Positions 13,315 through 26,233 of a stretch of 64,000 nt of DNA are shown in pieces. Source of the DNA: Octopus sinensis (taxonomy: Eukaryota); NCBI RefSeq assembly GCF_006345805.1, contig NC_043014.1, positions 47,554,001 to 47,618,000 of the forward strand, in the 5' to 3' direction. The number at the start of each line of letters is the position of its first letter. The stretch's first letter is position 1. Below the pieces are notes generated by a model. The model did no database searches, was not told where the DNA came from, and was given only the letters and a program-made list of their open reading frames with translations. Made by a program: the position numbers and the translations under genes.

Positions 13315-13584
13315 GGCAGTAGGTTATAGTGTAGGTCAGACAGGTAGGGCGTGTCTTGAATTCAACAGAGATGGGCAACTGACACAGTTGTCGATTGAAC
13401 TGTATTTTATTCCTCACATTACAACTTTATTGATATGAATGAAGTGAAACATCCACAACTAGGAAATGAAACAAAAATGTAGATTTGCTGAAGCTTGCCT
13501 CCTCCATCTGGTTGAAATAATGAGTGACAAAGATGAGCAGTAAATATACTTCTAGACAGGTTTCAGAAGATTTGGGACATTCTG

Positions 13585-13918
13585 AGACCCACTTCGGTCA
13601 CGACACAGACCATGGGATTGCACCTAGAAAATTACCCTCCTAGACACAAGTCCGGGCGAGGTTGTTTATGGAAGACCAGCAGTCGCCCATGCATACCAGC
13701 CTCCCCTCTCCACGCCACCAGTGTTATCCAAGGGAAAAACAAAGGTCGATACAGCTTGGCACCAGTGACGTCGCAACTCATTTCTACAGCTGAGTGAACT
13801 GGAGCAACGTGAAATAAAGTGTCTTGCTCAAGAACACAACATGCAGCCCGGTCCAGGATTCGAGCTCACAACCTCGCGATCGTAAGCTCAACACTCTAAC
13901 CACTGAGCCATGTGCCTT
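13585..13918 (-). mobile_element. tRNA-derived SINE family E
   Basis: Head ggcacatggctcagtggttagagtg..gctcgaatcc and a CORE-like ttgagcaagacacttta block; partial copy at 45210-45335. Confidence 0.72.
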
Positions 13919-16253
13919 TGGGACATATATTTGGGACATATTTTCCCTAATATCATGAATTCAGGGATGTAAAATGAGAATTCACTTAACAGCATCAATC
14001 TTTCATAAGACATACATAAAGCCATTAACATAAGCTCTCTAAGTAAATTTCTGTAAGTGTTTATATGTTTGCTTTGGGGCTTTTTTTCTTTCTCTATTAC
14101 TAATGAGTTTGCTGTAAGTTGCAGATATTTTAAATGTTGTTAATTTATATTTTTGGTTGGCGTTAGGAAGGGCATCCAGCTGTAGAAACATTGCCAGATA
14201 AGACTGGAGCCTGGTGCAGCCTTCTGGCTTCCCAGATCCCTGGTCGAACCGTCCAACCCATGCTAGCATGGAGAACGGACGTTAAACGATGATGATGATA
14301 CTTAAAGCAAGGAATTAGATTTCACATTTTGTTTGTTTTTTAATCTAGGTCTACATGCAATTCTGAGAAAAGTACCATGTGGTGGGATGTGCTAGAAACA
14401 ACAGCTAAATCTCTTAAATCAAACATTTTTTCTGAAGACATTTAAAAAAAAAAAATTTTTTTTTGTCACCAAAAAGGCTTTTCACATCATTTTTAAGTGT
14501 GTTATGCAAAACAAAAAATTGACCAAAATCAGTCTAGAGGTGAAGGAAAGTGAAGAGTGTAGAAAAGAATCAAATTTCCAAAAGTTAGAAAATACCCATC
14601 AAAATGGAGAAAATCCAACTTGTATGGATGTCCTGTATGGATAGCCATTGTTTTAACAGTTCAATAAAATTTTATTGAACTCGTGTCATGTCCCAAAATC
14701 TCTGGATTTATTTAGTTTTATACATACTATAAATGTGTCAAGACTCAAGGTCTCTGTCGTTTGTACTTTGGGGTTAAACTAGGTCTGAAAACGCTACAAA
14801 ACTGACTGCTTGTGACATGTAACAAAATAGGCTTTACATAAATATTTTTAAATTGCCAAAAGAAAAGTTCTTTTTCCAAGAACCTGAAGTGTAATTTGAA
14901 GATGGTTATCACCTTAGTTTCAAAGATATGACATCACAAACATGGCTAATTATTCATTTAGGCCAATTAGGCAAAATTTCGACCAATTTGCTGAACATTC
15001 AAATTGTCATATTTCCTAAAACATTCATCTAAATATCACAAATGAACCCTTTCCTTACCAACCCGGCTGAAACTGGCTTTGGCTCTGAGCACAAATGTCT
15101 TGTTTCATAAGTTTTGAATTAAAATCTTCCACCAAACCAATCACAATTTATGTTCCTAACACTAGCTGGATGATAACTAACTTATTTTACCAAATTCTTT
15201 GTTATATTTAAAGCAACTGTAAGAAACATGAAGCATTTCAAAATAAATACAGTAATGAAAGGGTTAATATCAATAAGCTGTCAAATCACCCACCTAAAAA
15301 TGTCAGAAATGATTCTTCAGAAATTCCTAATTCTAGAATGTCCTGTTCTATAAACATGTAATTTCGTCTGACTAAATGAACCAGCTATCTACAGTCCATT
15401 TCATCCAGCTTGAGTGTGGGGGGAACAAACCAGAAAGGTAGTTGTAGGCGGTATGCTCGGCTGCCATAACGTTGTGAGTTCAAATTCCGCCGAGGTCGAC
15501 TTTGCCTTTCATCCTTTCAGGGTCGATAAATTAAGTTCCAGCTACGCGGTGGGGTCGATGTAATCGACTTAATACCTATGTTTGTTCCCTCTATGTTTAG
15601 CCCCTTCATCATCATCATCGTTTAGCGTCCGTTTTCCATGCTAGCATGGGTTGGGCGGTTCTACTGGGGTCTGTGAAGCCAGAAGGCTTCATCAGGCCCA
15701 GTCAAATCTGCCCTTCCTAACGCCAACCACTCCGTGAGTGTAGTGGGTGCTTTTTACGTGCCACCCGCACAGGTGCCAGACAGAGCTCGCAAACGGCCAC
15801 GAACGGATGGTGCTTTTTATGTGCCACCGGCACGAGGGCCAGGCGAGGCTGGCAACGGACACGAACGGATGGTGCTTTTTACATGCCACCGGCACGAGGC
15901 CAGTCGGGGCGGCTCTGGCAACGGTCGCGAAACGGAAGGTTCTCTTACATGCCACCGGCACTGGTAACACATCTGCAATTTCCATTGATCGATTTCGATT
16001 CTGATCCTCAAAATCGATCAATGGAAATTGCAGATGTGTTACCAGTGCCGGTGGCATGTAAGAGAACCTTCCGTTTCGCGACCTTTATTACCCCTTGTGG
16101 GTAATAAAGAAATAGGTATGCTTTTAAGAGGGGGAAAGTTGAGAATGTAAGCCTCTACTGAGAAACAAGTGAACAAAGTAGATTTAAAGTGAGATCAGAA
16201 GAACAGAGACCGTTGTTGTAGTGATTTCGACAATGATGGTGGTTAACCCTTAC

Positions 16254-16384
16254 CGGAGTTTTTGCATCTTTGTTCATGACAACGCACACCATTGCGACAT
16301 CATCATTTTTTAAAGCAGTAATCGTTTTTTCTCCAAACGTATCTTCAGGTTGGTTGATTTTGACGATTGGATCAACAGAAATAA
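16254..16384 (-). CDS. Lachesin-like exon 2: Ig1 N-terminal half
   Basis: ttctttgtag| (V)ISVDPIVKINQPEDTFGEKTITALKNDDVAMVCVVMNKDAKTP |gtaagg. Confidence 0.85.
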
Positions 16385-16455
16385 CTACAAAGAAACGAAA
16401 AAGTTAATTCTAGTTCAGGGATTTATCGACAGAATGTTGTTAGATTTGGCTTTAA

Positions 16456-16674
16456 CCCTTTAGTAGTTAAACTGGCCATATCCGGCCAAAATAGTTAATC
16501 TGTTTTACGTTCAAACTGACCAGATCCAGGCTCTCACACCTACCCTACAATGTCATTCCACATGAAGTAATTACACCATCAAGATCTTGAAGATATGAGA
16601 TAATGCATGATTAATTCAAATCAATGGGAATCAATAAGCATTATGTTTGATAAAATAATCTGAACACTAAAGGG
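16456..16674. mobile_element. piggyBac-type MITE
   Basis: TTAA|CCCTTT...AAAGGG|TTAA; same family as 7122-7332. A related element lies at about 15056-15264. Confidence 0.8.
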
Positions 16675-18061
16675 TTAAGCAATATACTTTACTTACCTTA
16701 GTGGAACAACTTTACAGGGTCATATCCAAGACAGCATTTGTAGTTGGTCCTTATCAATAATCAACTCTACATGTAAAACCTCTCCCATCAACTGTTTTCA
16801 GATCTGATTTGAACCCAGCCTGCACATCTTACTAACAAAGACCTTAGATGCCTGGAGCTGTAGTCAGTGTAAGGCCTGCCTTGATGACCGTCACCCAGTT
16901 GTCCACTACAACACAACAACACCATTCCAAACATGGAGGTGGAAGATCAACAGCATAGGTGAAGGATGTCAAAGCCAGCAGGTTCTAGGTTCAAATGACA
17001 ATAACTTTTAGCACAAGGGCACACACACACTGTAAGACACCCGTGGAGAAAAACCTTTAAACAATGGAGATTTCTCAGCACTCAATAGCGCAGGTCATTT
17101 AGTTGTAAACGGGGTACATGATGGTGGCACAGTTCACTACTGTATCTTGACCACCTAAATGAATAAGCTTTTGTTTTTAGCCTCAGGTCAACCTTAATTA
17201 AACAAGCTTATGGTCAAAAGCTTCCAACCATGACCATTCTGTCAGAAGCTTGTAGGACCGTATTATCTAATCTACTCTTCTTTAAGGTAATTCACCTTGG
17301 CTGTAACTTCTAGCAGAATGAGTGACCAACATAGGCTTCCTCCTTTTAAATAGGTAGCATGTACTTAGAGTAGAGACATAGCCCACTATACTCTTTTCTC
17401 TTTTACTCTTTTACTTGTTTCAGTCATTTGACTGCGGCCATGCTGGAGCACCGCCTTTAGTCGAGCAAATCGACCCCGGGACTTATTCTTTGTAAGCCCA
17501 GTACTTATTCTATCAGTCTCTTTTGCCGAACCGCTAAGTGACGGGGACGTAAACACACCAGCATCAGTTGTCAAGCAATGCTAGGGGGACAAACATAGAC
17601 ACACAAACACACATATATATATATATACATATATACGACAGGCTTCTTTCAGTTTCCGTCTACCAAATCCACTCACAAGGCATTGGTCGGCCCGGGGCTA
17701 TAGCAGAAGACACTTGCCCAAGATGCCACGCAGTGGGACTGAACCCGGAACCATGTGGCTGGTTAGCAAGCTACTTACTACACAGCCACAGACATTTGAA
17801 ACAAACAGGTTAGATTAACGAATCAGGAAGTGATCAGAGATCTCAAGAAGTACGAGAGTTAAACTATATTTTCCCTGAAATGATGTTAGAACTTCTGCTT
17901 ATAAAGGGAACTGTAAACGTCTGTCTCCTTACGGCATAGTAACTTCTGAAAATTTGTTAAGCTTGTAAACAGTAACGGAGATACGGCTGTTAAGACGTTT
18001 GCCTTATAATGCGTAGTTGTTGATTCGGTTCCAATACGTTACACTTTATTTAAGGTAAATA

Positions 18062-18453
18062 CTAGCAGTATCGCCCGGCGTTGCTCGGGTTTGTAAGGGA
18101 AATAACTATATAAGCATTTTTAGAGAGTTATAGCCAAAAAGTAGCAAAAAAATGCATTAAAAATGGAAAAAAAATAATGGTAATTTTTTTTTAAATCGTT
18201 GACTCATCGTAGACATTTTTAGAGAGTTATATAATAGCGAAAAATGCATTAAAATGGAAAAAAAAATTATGGTAAATTTTTTTTTAAATTGTAGACTCAT
18301 CGTAGACGCGCGCTAATACCCAGAAGGGCTCGATATGAATCACGACTATAAGATACCCGCTTTTGGTTAAACTGCACCGCAAAATGTGGGAGTAGTTAGG
18401 AATCTAAATCGTAGGAGACAGACAGCACACAACCTTTCTTTTATATATAAAGA
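18062..18453 (-). mobile_element. Non-autonomous Helitron
   Basis: Same termini and internal sequence as 5815-6320, reversed. Confidence 0.8.
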
Positions 18454-18933
18454 TTTCCCATCATAGCATTGGGTTGACCAAAGTTTTGTGAAAGCAGATA
18501 GATAGCCATCTGAGAGACGCAACATGCTCTCGAGTGGTAAATTTCGTCACTCGATGTAACACATCTTTCGGCCATTATCGAACTCCACTCACAAGCATTA
18601 GAACCAGCAATAAGAGTTCCAATCACAGAGACCCTGCTAATACTTCAACATAACCCACTACGACCACAAAATAAAAGAATCAAAATATTTCCAATCTAGA
18701 TCAAGACCAGAAATTTTGAAGAGTTTTAAATAACGATCCCAATATTTCAGCCACAAAAGACGAAAAACAAAGTTTGACCTTGGCAACATTTGAACTCAGA
18801 ACGTCGCGAGATATTTCGGAAAGACTTCCGCCCGTTCCGATATTTCCTACGACGCCATAACGATATTGCTATGCAATCGTCTAATAATAATAATATAATA
18901 ATAATAAATTCTTTTATTGGCCATAAGGGCTAA

Positions 18934-19352
18934 GGCAATCTTTCGTCTCTAGCAGACCTTTCCGTCGATTTCCGTAAAATTTTTTTTTTTTTTACATAAG
19001 GGCTTGCGGGAACTTTTGAAGTAATGAGAGAGAAAGAGACTAAGAGAAAGCCATTTTATGACGAGGGAAGTTCTTTTGAAGTTACCGTGCATGGCAAGCA
19101 TTGATGTACATGTGTGTGTGTGTGTGTTTGATGGGGTGTGGGAGACAGACTGTATGTTGTGTAAGTGAAGTGCTTCTGTTAGTGTGTGTGAAGAGACAGA
19201 GCAATGTGTGAAAGAGAGAGATAACTGAAATTTTTTACTCGGTGTATGTGTATATGTATATTACTTCAAAAGTTCCCGCAAGCCCATATGTAAAAAAAAT
19301 ATATTTTTTTACGGAAATCGACGGAAAGGTCTACTAGAGACGAAAGATCGCC
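18934..19352. mobile_element. MITE / foldback element with ~90-bp TIRs
   Basis: ggcaatctttcgtctctag...gaacttttgaagtaat is mirrored by attacttcaaaagttc...ctagagacgaaagatcgcc. Confidence 0.75.
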
Positions 19353-20246
19353 AAAAAACATTCGCGTTAGAGGGAGACGCTTTAAAGGTTACTCGTGGAA
19401 AAACCCATAAATACAGGTATATTCAGAGAATTGGTCCATATATACTGACCATTTTCCCGACATCCATCCATCAACAAATAAAAATAACGGTTTCAAATTC
19501 TGGGGAGGGTTTAGACGATTGCATCGACCCAATTACTCGACTGGCACTTTATTTTATTGACTCCAAAAGAATAAAAAACTAAAGCTAACCTAGAACATAA
19601 CTGAAATAAATACTTATTTTCTTTGACGCCCCAACGATTCTGTCAATCCACCACGCGAATTACAACAACATACCTTCTTTATTGGCCACAATGGTAATAA
19701 GGTACTTGTATCGCAGAGTGATACAAGTACCTGGTAATAATAACAATGCTTTCTTATCATCAAAGGTTGAATAATTATGTCACACACACACACAAACAAA
19801 AAAAAAAATACAAAAAAGCTAAAGATATACTGAAAAAGCAAAAAGGTGTGGTGAATAGCGCCAGACCTTATATACACCTGTCACATCAAGACCACACAAA
19901 ATACACAATAATATCGACATTAAGAACATTTCTAGGGCAAAACACAAACCTTCAAATTTATAAACTAACTGGGCATTCATATCAAGATTATTTGGTCTCA
20001 TACGTTTGTAAAACAATTTCTTTCGTGATGGTTACAATGAGGTCATATACAAGTTAATACAGGTATACCAGGTACTTGTACCATATATATATATATATAG
20101 TACAAAGTAAGATAGGGGTTATGAATGTAACCCACTATGGGATATCAGTTATCTAATATACTGCTGGTAAATTAATAAATAATGTAAAATTGTGATATCC
20201 ATAAGTTGATGAACGAGATGAATTTGTTTCTCCATTTTCTTATTTG

Positions 20247-20304
<58 letters not shown>

Positions 20305-20387
20305 GCAATTAACTTTCAAGTGAAATTATAAATGAATAAAGGTGAGAAGATATCACTAAGATAATAGCCATAGGAAGACAGACTTAC

Positions 20388-20448
20388 CTGGAGAAAGTGT
20401 TAAAAAACAGAGCAATAAAATATAGGTCAACCTTCGCCATTTCTCCAT
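20388..20448 (-). CDS. Lachesin-like exon 1: signal peptide
   Basis: ccaccaaaATGG start; MEKWRRLTYILLLCFLTLSP; donor CAG|GTAAGT, phase 1. An acceptor (ccaacag|) 14 nt upstream of the ATG suggests a further 5'UTR exon. Confidence 0.8.
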
Positions 20449-21041
20449 TTTGGTGGAAATACCTGTTGGAGGTGGACGCATGCGCTTAAAGGACACCTGA
20501 CGAGTGAATGTGGACAGGTGAAAATTGTAAGAGCTGCTGTCACGCCTGTTATTGTATTTTTAACACGCACTTCACTCTAACTACTGCTCCTTGAGGCCTC
20601 ATGTTTATATTTAATGACAAGCCTTTCCACTACGGGCACAAGTCCTGAAATTTCGGGAGAACGTCCATTACGTCGACCCAATGCTCAACTGGTACTTATT
20701 TTATCGAACCCCAAAAGGATGAAAGGCAAAGTCAAGTATTTAAATTCGGAATGTAAAACCGGAGGAAATGTTGCTAAGCATTTTGTCCGGTACAGTAAAG
20801 ATCTCTTTTATTAATGATTTCTTTTATTAATGATTTCTTTTATTGACAACAAGGGCGCAAGACATTGAGGACAGTATCGAATGATAAGTTCCAACACACA
20901 CAAAAAAAAATTACGAAATCATATGGGGTTAATATCAATCAAGGGGAGAAACTACCACATTAAAGGATATCACAGAGGATATATGATAGAAAGTCGAGAA
21001 GTGAATAATAAATAAATAGAAACCTCGCTTAATATCTAGTT

Positions 21042-21460
21042 TAGGATCTTTTCGGTTTGACCGGCAGTTTTTTCTAGCAGTGTCATATGAAATTGTCACC
21101 CATAATTATGACCCTAGTATCGATCTATTGCATTTCAATCTGTTTTAGGCTTAGGGGTGGGGGGAAGGGTATTTTTTTTTTCTTCACAAATGTAAATAAA
21201 CCCAATCTGTTTCTTAAACGAAGGACATATTCATACGGCACAGAATGTTTTTTTTTACCTCAATAGACGTCAGTGATTGGTTGAAATTGCAGAAATTGAA
21301 GAAAAAACAACAAATATCTTACAAACCATAGAATTTTCTCAATAAAGCCAAATGAAAAAGATGTTTTATAAACACTTTCTACCAGTATACGAAGTTTAAA
21401 AGTGTTTAGTTACGTGGAAATTATTTTTAAAAACTGCCGGTCAAAACGAAAAGATCCCTA
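21042..21460. mobile_element. MITE with ~30-bp TIRs
   Basis: taggatcttttcggtttgaccggcagtttt ... aaaactgccggtcaaaacgaaaagatcccta; probable TA target site. Confidence 0.75.
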
Positions 21461-21689
21461 GTTCCAAAAAAAAAAAAAATGTAATAGGTGTAAAAAAAAA
21501 TGTGTAGTAAACGAATCTGAAAACGAAAATTTGGGCAAACGAACCGGGAGCGGGGAGAGGACTTCCGGAAAATTTTTCCCCTCAAAACTTTCAGGAAAAT
21601 GGATGCCTTTTAATGAAATTTTATACAAATGCCTTTTAAACGGCATAGATTACGATTATTAAGAAATTTGTGGGAAAATTTTTTAACGG

Positions 21690-21832
21690 GGGTAAAATCT
21701 TTTTTTTTTTTTTTCCGCGGGCTCTACATTTTTCTGACACATTCTCTCCATACGTATTTTTTTCTCAAGTTGTTTGGTTTTATCTCTTGATCTTGGACTG
21801 CGACAATTAGGCTCTCTGTTTCTTTTTCTTTC
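21690..21832 (-). mobile_element. Second, very decayed R4-like fragment
   Basis: Reads KKETESLIVAVQDQEIKPNNLRKKI, the same motif as ETEALICAAQEQALRTNY at about 24990 but a different copy. Confidence 0.5.
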
Positions 21833-21850
21833 TTTTTTTTTTTTTTTTTT

Positions 21851-24625
21851 ACAGTAATAAACTTTAATTGCCTTCACAGTGTTTACCGTTTTACAAAATT
21901 AAATTAGAAAATTGGACAAAACAGAGAACACAATTGAAAATAAAAATTAAAAAGAAAAAAGAAAAAAGACTAAAACAATTCACCACTTTGGGTTGAAAAG
22001 TCGGGGGCGCTGTGAAACCCCTCTAATGACTATTGAGGCACGATTGCAGCGTTGCCGCGCGTGATGGCGAGGCTGATGCGCTGGAACAGCCAAGCGCCCT
22101 CACTAGCCTCACCAGTTACCTCTGGAAGGCGAGTTACCAGTGAAGATAGGAATTTCACAGTTAGTGAGTCCGACTCCACCAAAAGTCTCGAACGCCACAG
22201 GGTGGAAAATGTAGTTGGCCGACAGATCGCGGTATTTCAGGATTTTGTCCTACTCGGCAGCAGAAGCTGTGGATCTCGCCCTGACCACAGCATTCAGGAT
22301 GTGAGAAAATGCAAAGGAGTCGTTAACAGGGAGATCCTAGACAAGGCATCTGCCTTGCGACTAGGGGCACAAAGTGAGGCCGTCGAGTCTCTTCCCATCG
22401 CATTTGGACAATCCAGATGGTTCCAAGATGGAGGGGTGTTTACCCGGGCCAAGCTCCTCTTGAGTATCAGGTTCAAGTCCATATGAGATGCGAAGCAACC
22501 AGCATTCAGGCGGCAAGAAACGTCATGGAGGCCTGTGGAGTCGAGGAACCTGCCACAACGACAGATCAAACCCGTGCATTCGTCAGCTCCCACTCTGAGG
22601 GCAATGGAGACACGAAGTTCATCCATGCTGAGTAGGCCACCAACATTAGCCATGGGGATGGCATCAATCCAGTCACCTGAGTATTTGACACTAGCAGACA
22701 GTAAGTAGCACCTTGAAACTAACTGTTTTGACTGGATGAAGAGGGAGTCGAAGGTGGCCTTCGAAATTATGTTGTCCCAAGCTCTCTGGCTCCAACAGTT
22801 GTCCACCTTCTCAGGAGCAGAGTTGGAGAGCTTCGTCCAACTCCCTGTGGGAACTGGTCCATGTTGGAGAGGAGAGGATGTTGCTCACCCAGGTGAAGCA
22901 GGCATGGGTGGAGGAAAGGAAGCAGAAGAGAGAGAGAGAGGGACGGACACTTACGAAGACCAAGACCTCCAAATCGCTTGGGCAATGCAGCCTAATCGCG
23001 GGATGTTGGAGAGAGTCTGACATTGACTAAGCATTCAAGTCTCTCAAAGATTAGGATCTCCAAGCGTTGGAGGCACAATGGGAATCGATAAGATGAGCTG
23101 GTTCTGAGTAAATATAGAAGCTTAGGGACCGAGAGGTATTTCCTAAGTATGAAAAACCTTGATGGGGTTCGATAGCTTCAGTATTTTTTAGCAATAGCTC
23201 AAGGGCAGCGTACTTTGACTGGAAGATGGACTCAAAGGCAAGGTTAGTGATTGGGGCTTCTAGGGAGCACCAAGCCGATGTGGAGGGACTGCAATGGAAG
23301 GAAAGGACTCTGCAAAAAAGTCAATAGTTGGTTGATGGTGCGGAGCCGGGTGGCTGAGGATCCAGCGCTCACATTTAGAGCTGTTTTCTTGGAGACCCTG
23401 GCGACCAAGCCTCCCAACCACCATGTTTGCAATGGTGAGAACCCTGTCCAGAGGTCCCCACAAACAAGCATCGTCAAGATACTAGACGTTGAAGTCTGGC
23501 TCGACCCCCATCTTGGTGATGTCATTAATGCCCAGTACGAACAGAGCGAGCCCGAATGGGTTACCCTGTTGGACTCCTGGGGCGGAGGTGATGATTTGGT
23601 CACCAAAAGAGAGATAGGAGGGCTCCCGATAAGCCTGCCATACAAGGCGGTAGAGTTGTGGGACCTTCTCTCTTACTGAGCTGAGGACAGCATCGCGGCT
23701 GATAGAGTTGAAGGCATTCTTCAGGTCGAGTTTGAGGATGACCTTGGGTGACAAGGAGGGCAAGTTGGCATGGGCTCTAGTAGCATGGGCAGAAGTTTCA
23801 TATCCCAATTTGGTGCCCTCTCCTAGCTGGGGGGAGGGGAATCCCTCCTCTAATAAGCTAGAGACCGATGTAAGCACAGCTTTGCAGTGAGATGGGGAAG
23901 GTTGCAATGGGGCGCAGGTCTCTGTTGGTTTTAGTGAACCCGAATAATTTTACACTGAAGAATAGTGGGTGGATATGAGGGTGGACGTTCACTGAAGAGA
24001 ACTGGTTCACAAACAGTAAAATTCTCCAAGGGCTCAAGTCCGGCATTACTGGCCGATAAAAGGAGGTACCATCCTTGAGGTGTTGGGGCCAAAGGCCATC
24101 AATTCCCGTACCTGAACCAGCAAGGAAGGATGAAATTGCCTTTCTGATGTTATCAGAGGTGAAGACCAGTCTCGGGCCAGTTTAGTTGATTATCAGGGAG
24201 TGCCAGTGGGTGCGTCTCTTTCAGATGTCTAAGAGACTCAGAGTCACACGGAGCGAGGAAGGATGGAGAAGGGAGGAGACGGACAGCCCCTTCTATGTCA
24301 AAATCACTGAATTTGGCATTGACTGAGCACTTGACGTACACCGGTTGCCTACCGGTAGGCACCATGCTCGATGTCAAATTAAAGTGAGAAGTGGTCGGGG
24401 TGGACTCAAATAGCTGGAACTGTCGCTTGAGAGAGGATGTAAAGGAGCCCGATTTCACATCGTACATGTGGGGGGAGATGCGAAGGAATAGAAACAGTTT
24501 CTGCCAGTCGGACACATTGTTGGATAAACATACGTTTTTCAACAAGCTGGAGAGTGCGCAAGCAAAGCTATTCTGAGCTCCCTTTGGGATCTGGTTGATG
24601 AGCTTCGATTTAGATAAACCCACAC
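21851..24625 (-). mobile_element. CRE-like non-LTR retrotransposon (RT + zinc finger + restriction-like endonuclease), decayed
   Basis: KLDLKNAFNSISR, GVQQGNPFG, xYLDD, PKRFGGLGLR, CRCGRFLDSTGLHDVSC..H, KRLDGLT, HPVAFETFGG, QRISLAITRGNAA; A-rich tail at about 21833-21850. Clade assignment is from recalled motifs. Confidence 0.78.
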
Positions 24626-26010
24626 TGGGCATGCTATATCTATGATCCAGCATCGTTTGTTTTCTTTCTCAATTAACACTATGTCTGGTTTCCTATTCTC
24701 TATATCACGGTCGCACTAAATCATAAAATCCCATAGGATCTTTGCATTATCATTTTCGATAATGCTTTCAGGTTTATGTTCGTACCACTCTTTTGCTCTG
24801 TCAAGTCCATACTTGTTGCAAAGTGTCCAATGGACAATCCTTGCTATATTGTTATGATATCTCTTATATTCTTTCTGGACTAGTGACGTACACTGACTGA
24901 TAATATGCCATGCAGTTTCACCATTTTGCCCACAAATTCTGTACTTATCACTTTCTGCTGTAATTGGTTCTTAATGCTTGCTCTTGGGCAGCACAGATTA
25001 GAGCCTCCGTTTCTGGTTTTAGTCATCCATAACCATCTATTTTTCTCTGTCTTCAACATCCCTACGAAATTGTCTATGCATTCTTTTCTTTATCCATATA
25101 TTTTCAGTTTCGTTCACATTCAAGACCTTGTACAATGCTTTATCTTTGCAATCTTCCATCCTACACAAGCCTGATCTTCTTACTTCCAATAATAGTAGTT
25201 CTGTGACATTTTTTACATACCATACTATGTTAGTTTTTTCTGCTCTAATGCTGTGTTCATATCCAATCAGTCCTCTCTCCCCTCTTTTTCTTGGTATATA
25301 CAGTCTGTCTGTGTCACTTTTTGGGTGAAGTATCTCATATCTAGTCAGCAACTTCCTTGTCTTTCTGTCTAAGCTGTTTAGCTGTCCTTGCCATTACCCC
25401 TACTCCATATCTAAGTAGTGAAACTGCCCGGGTGTTGATAGCTTCAATCTTATTCCATCCGTTTAATTTCGACTTAAAGATCAGTTTCAGTCTGCACAAG
25501 TACTCCACCTTAAATTTTTCTGTCATTTCTTTCTCCATCAATTTATCCATTTCGAATATCCTCAAGTACTTATAGCCCGTCTCTTCTATCTACTTCATAA
25601 CCTCCCCCCAACGGTATTGCCTGCCCGTTCATATATTTGATTTCGTCTCTCTTCAAGACTAACACACCACACCTATTCCTGTCCGAACTCCATTCTGATA
25701 TCAGCACTGAAAGTATACACCGTATCAACGAGAGAACTGACTTGGGATTCATCTTCACCATAAAGTTTGAGGTCATCCATGAATAACAAGTGGTTGACTT
25801 TTTGTTGGCAGCTCTTGAATACACACCCTGCCTTTGCTTTCCTCAGAATCAGTGTTAATGGTACCATGCACAGTACAAAGTGGGGACAGGTAGTCCTCTT
25901 GGAAGATCTCTCTTCTGATTTCTATTGTCCCTAAACTTCTTCCATATGCTGTCAGTTCTGTCCTCCACTTTGCCATACTTTTTCCAAGCAATCACTCAAC
26001 ATTCGATGCA
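24626..26010 (-). mobile_element. R4/Dong(NeSL)-like RLE retrotransposon fragment, decayed
   Basis: REIFQEDYLSPL, NHLLFMDDLKLY, LHPKSDTDRLYIPRKRGERGL, ETEALICAAQEQALRTNY, ETAWHIISQC..YKRYHNNIARIVHW, KILWDF, RKPDIV, IIDIACP; stops abruptly at the CRE-like element. Confidence 0.8.
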
Positions 26011-26029
26011 ATACCAAATACCACAGAAT

Positions 26030-26233
26030 TGAGAGCTTGGTTGGAATAATTTTTCGAGTCAAAATCGGGTGATTTCTACCAACGAGGTATGGAAAATCTT
26101 GTTGAACGGCAGGAAGAAGTTGTAAACGACAAGGGTGAATACATTATTGATTAATTAGTTGTTACTTTTTATCAAACCTATTAAAAAAATTTTAATTTAA
26201 AAAAACCGCGGGTACTTAGTTGCCAACCCAATA
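26030..26233 (+). mobile_element. Mariner 3' relic
   Basis: FSSQNRVIS/SKSGDFYQRGMENLVERQEEVVNDKGEYIID*, then a TIR-like ...gttgccaacccaata. Confidence 0.65.

Larger units (their letters stand above)
793..20448 (-). other. Gene model: Lachesin-like cell-surface protein (signal peptide + 3 Ig domains), 3' end lies left of the window
   Basis: Seven GT-AG exons (20388-20448, 16254-16384, 11210-11426, 7600-7760, 5651-5762, 3639-3792, 793-938; 982 nt) join in frame with phases 1,0,1,0,1,2,1. Each Ig domain has C...W...DxGxYxC. VAQALGYQTELVCLIEGFP and the STSSD linker resemble arthropod Lachesin (from memory). Orthology not established. Confidence 0.85.

Noticed and set aside
13585-13720. Possible HDV-like ribozyme in the SINE-E tail (catggg...gcaatcccatg)
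   Set aside because: I could not build P1, P1.1 or a canonical P3/L3.
16696-16990. Unique sequence with a strong donor (AAG|GTAAGT) between Ig exons 1 and 2
   Set aside because: Stops in all three frames just before the donor, and exons 1 and 2 join without it. A non-coding or poison exon cannot be excluded.
18460-18700. Possible Penelope GIY-YIG C-terminal relic (ITETLLILQHNP)
   Set aside because: Similarity is too short and weak to call without an HMM search.
21460-21720. Homopolymer-rich stretch with short ORFs
   Set aside because: Looks like decayed repeat or low-quality sequence, with no interpretable motif.
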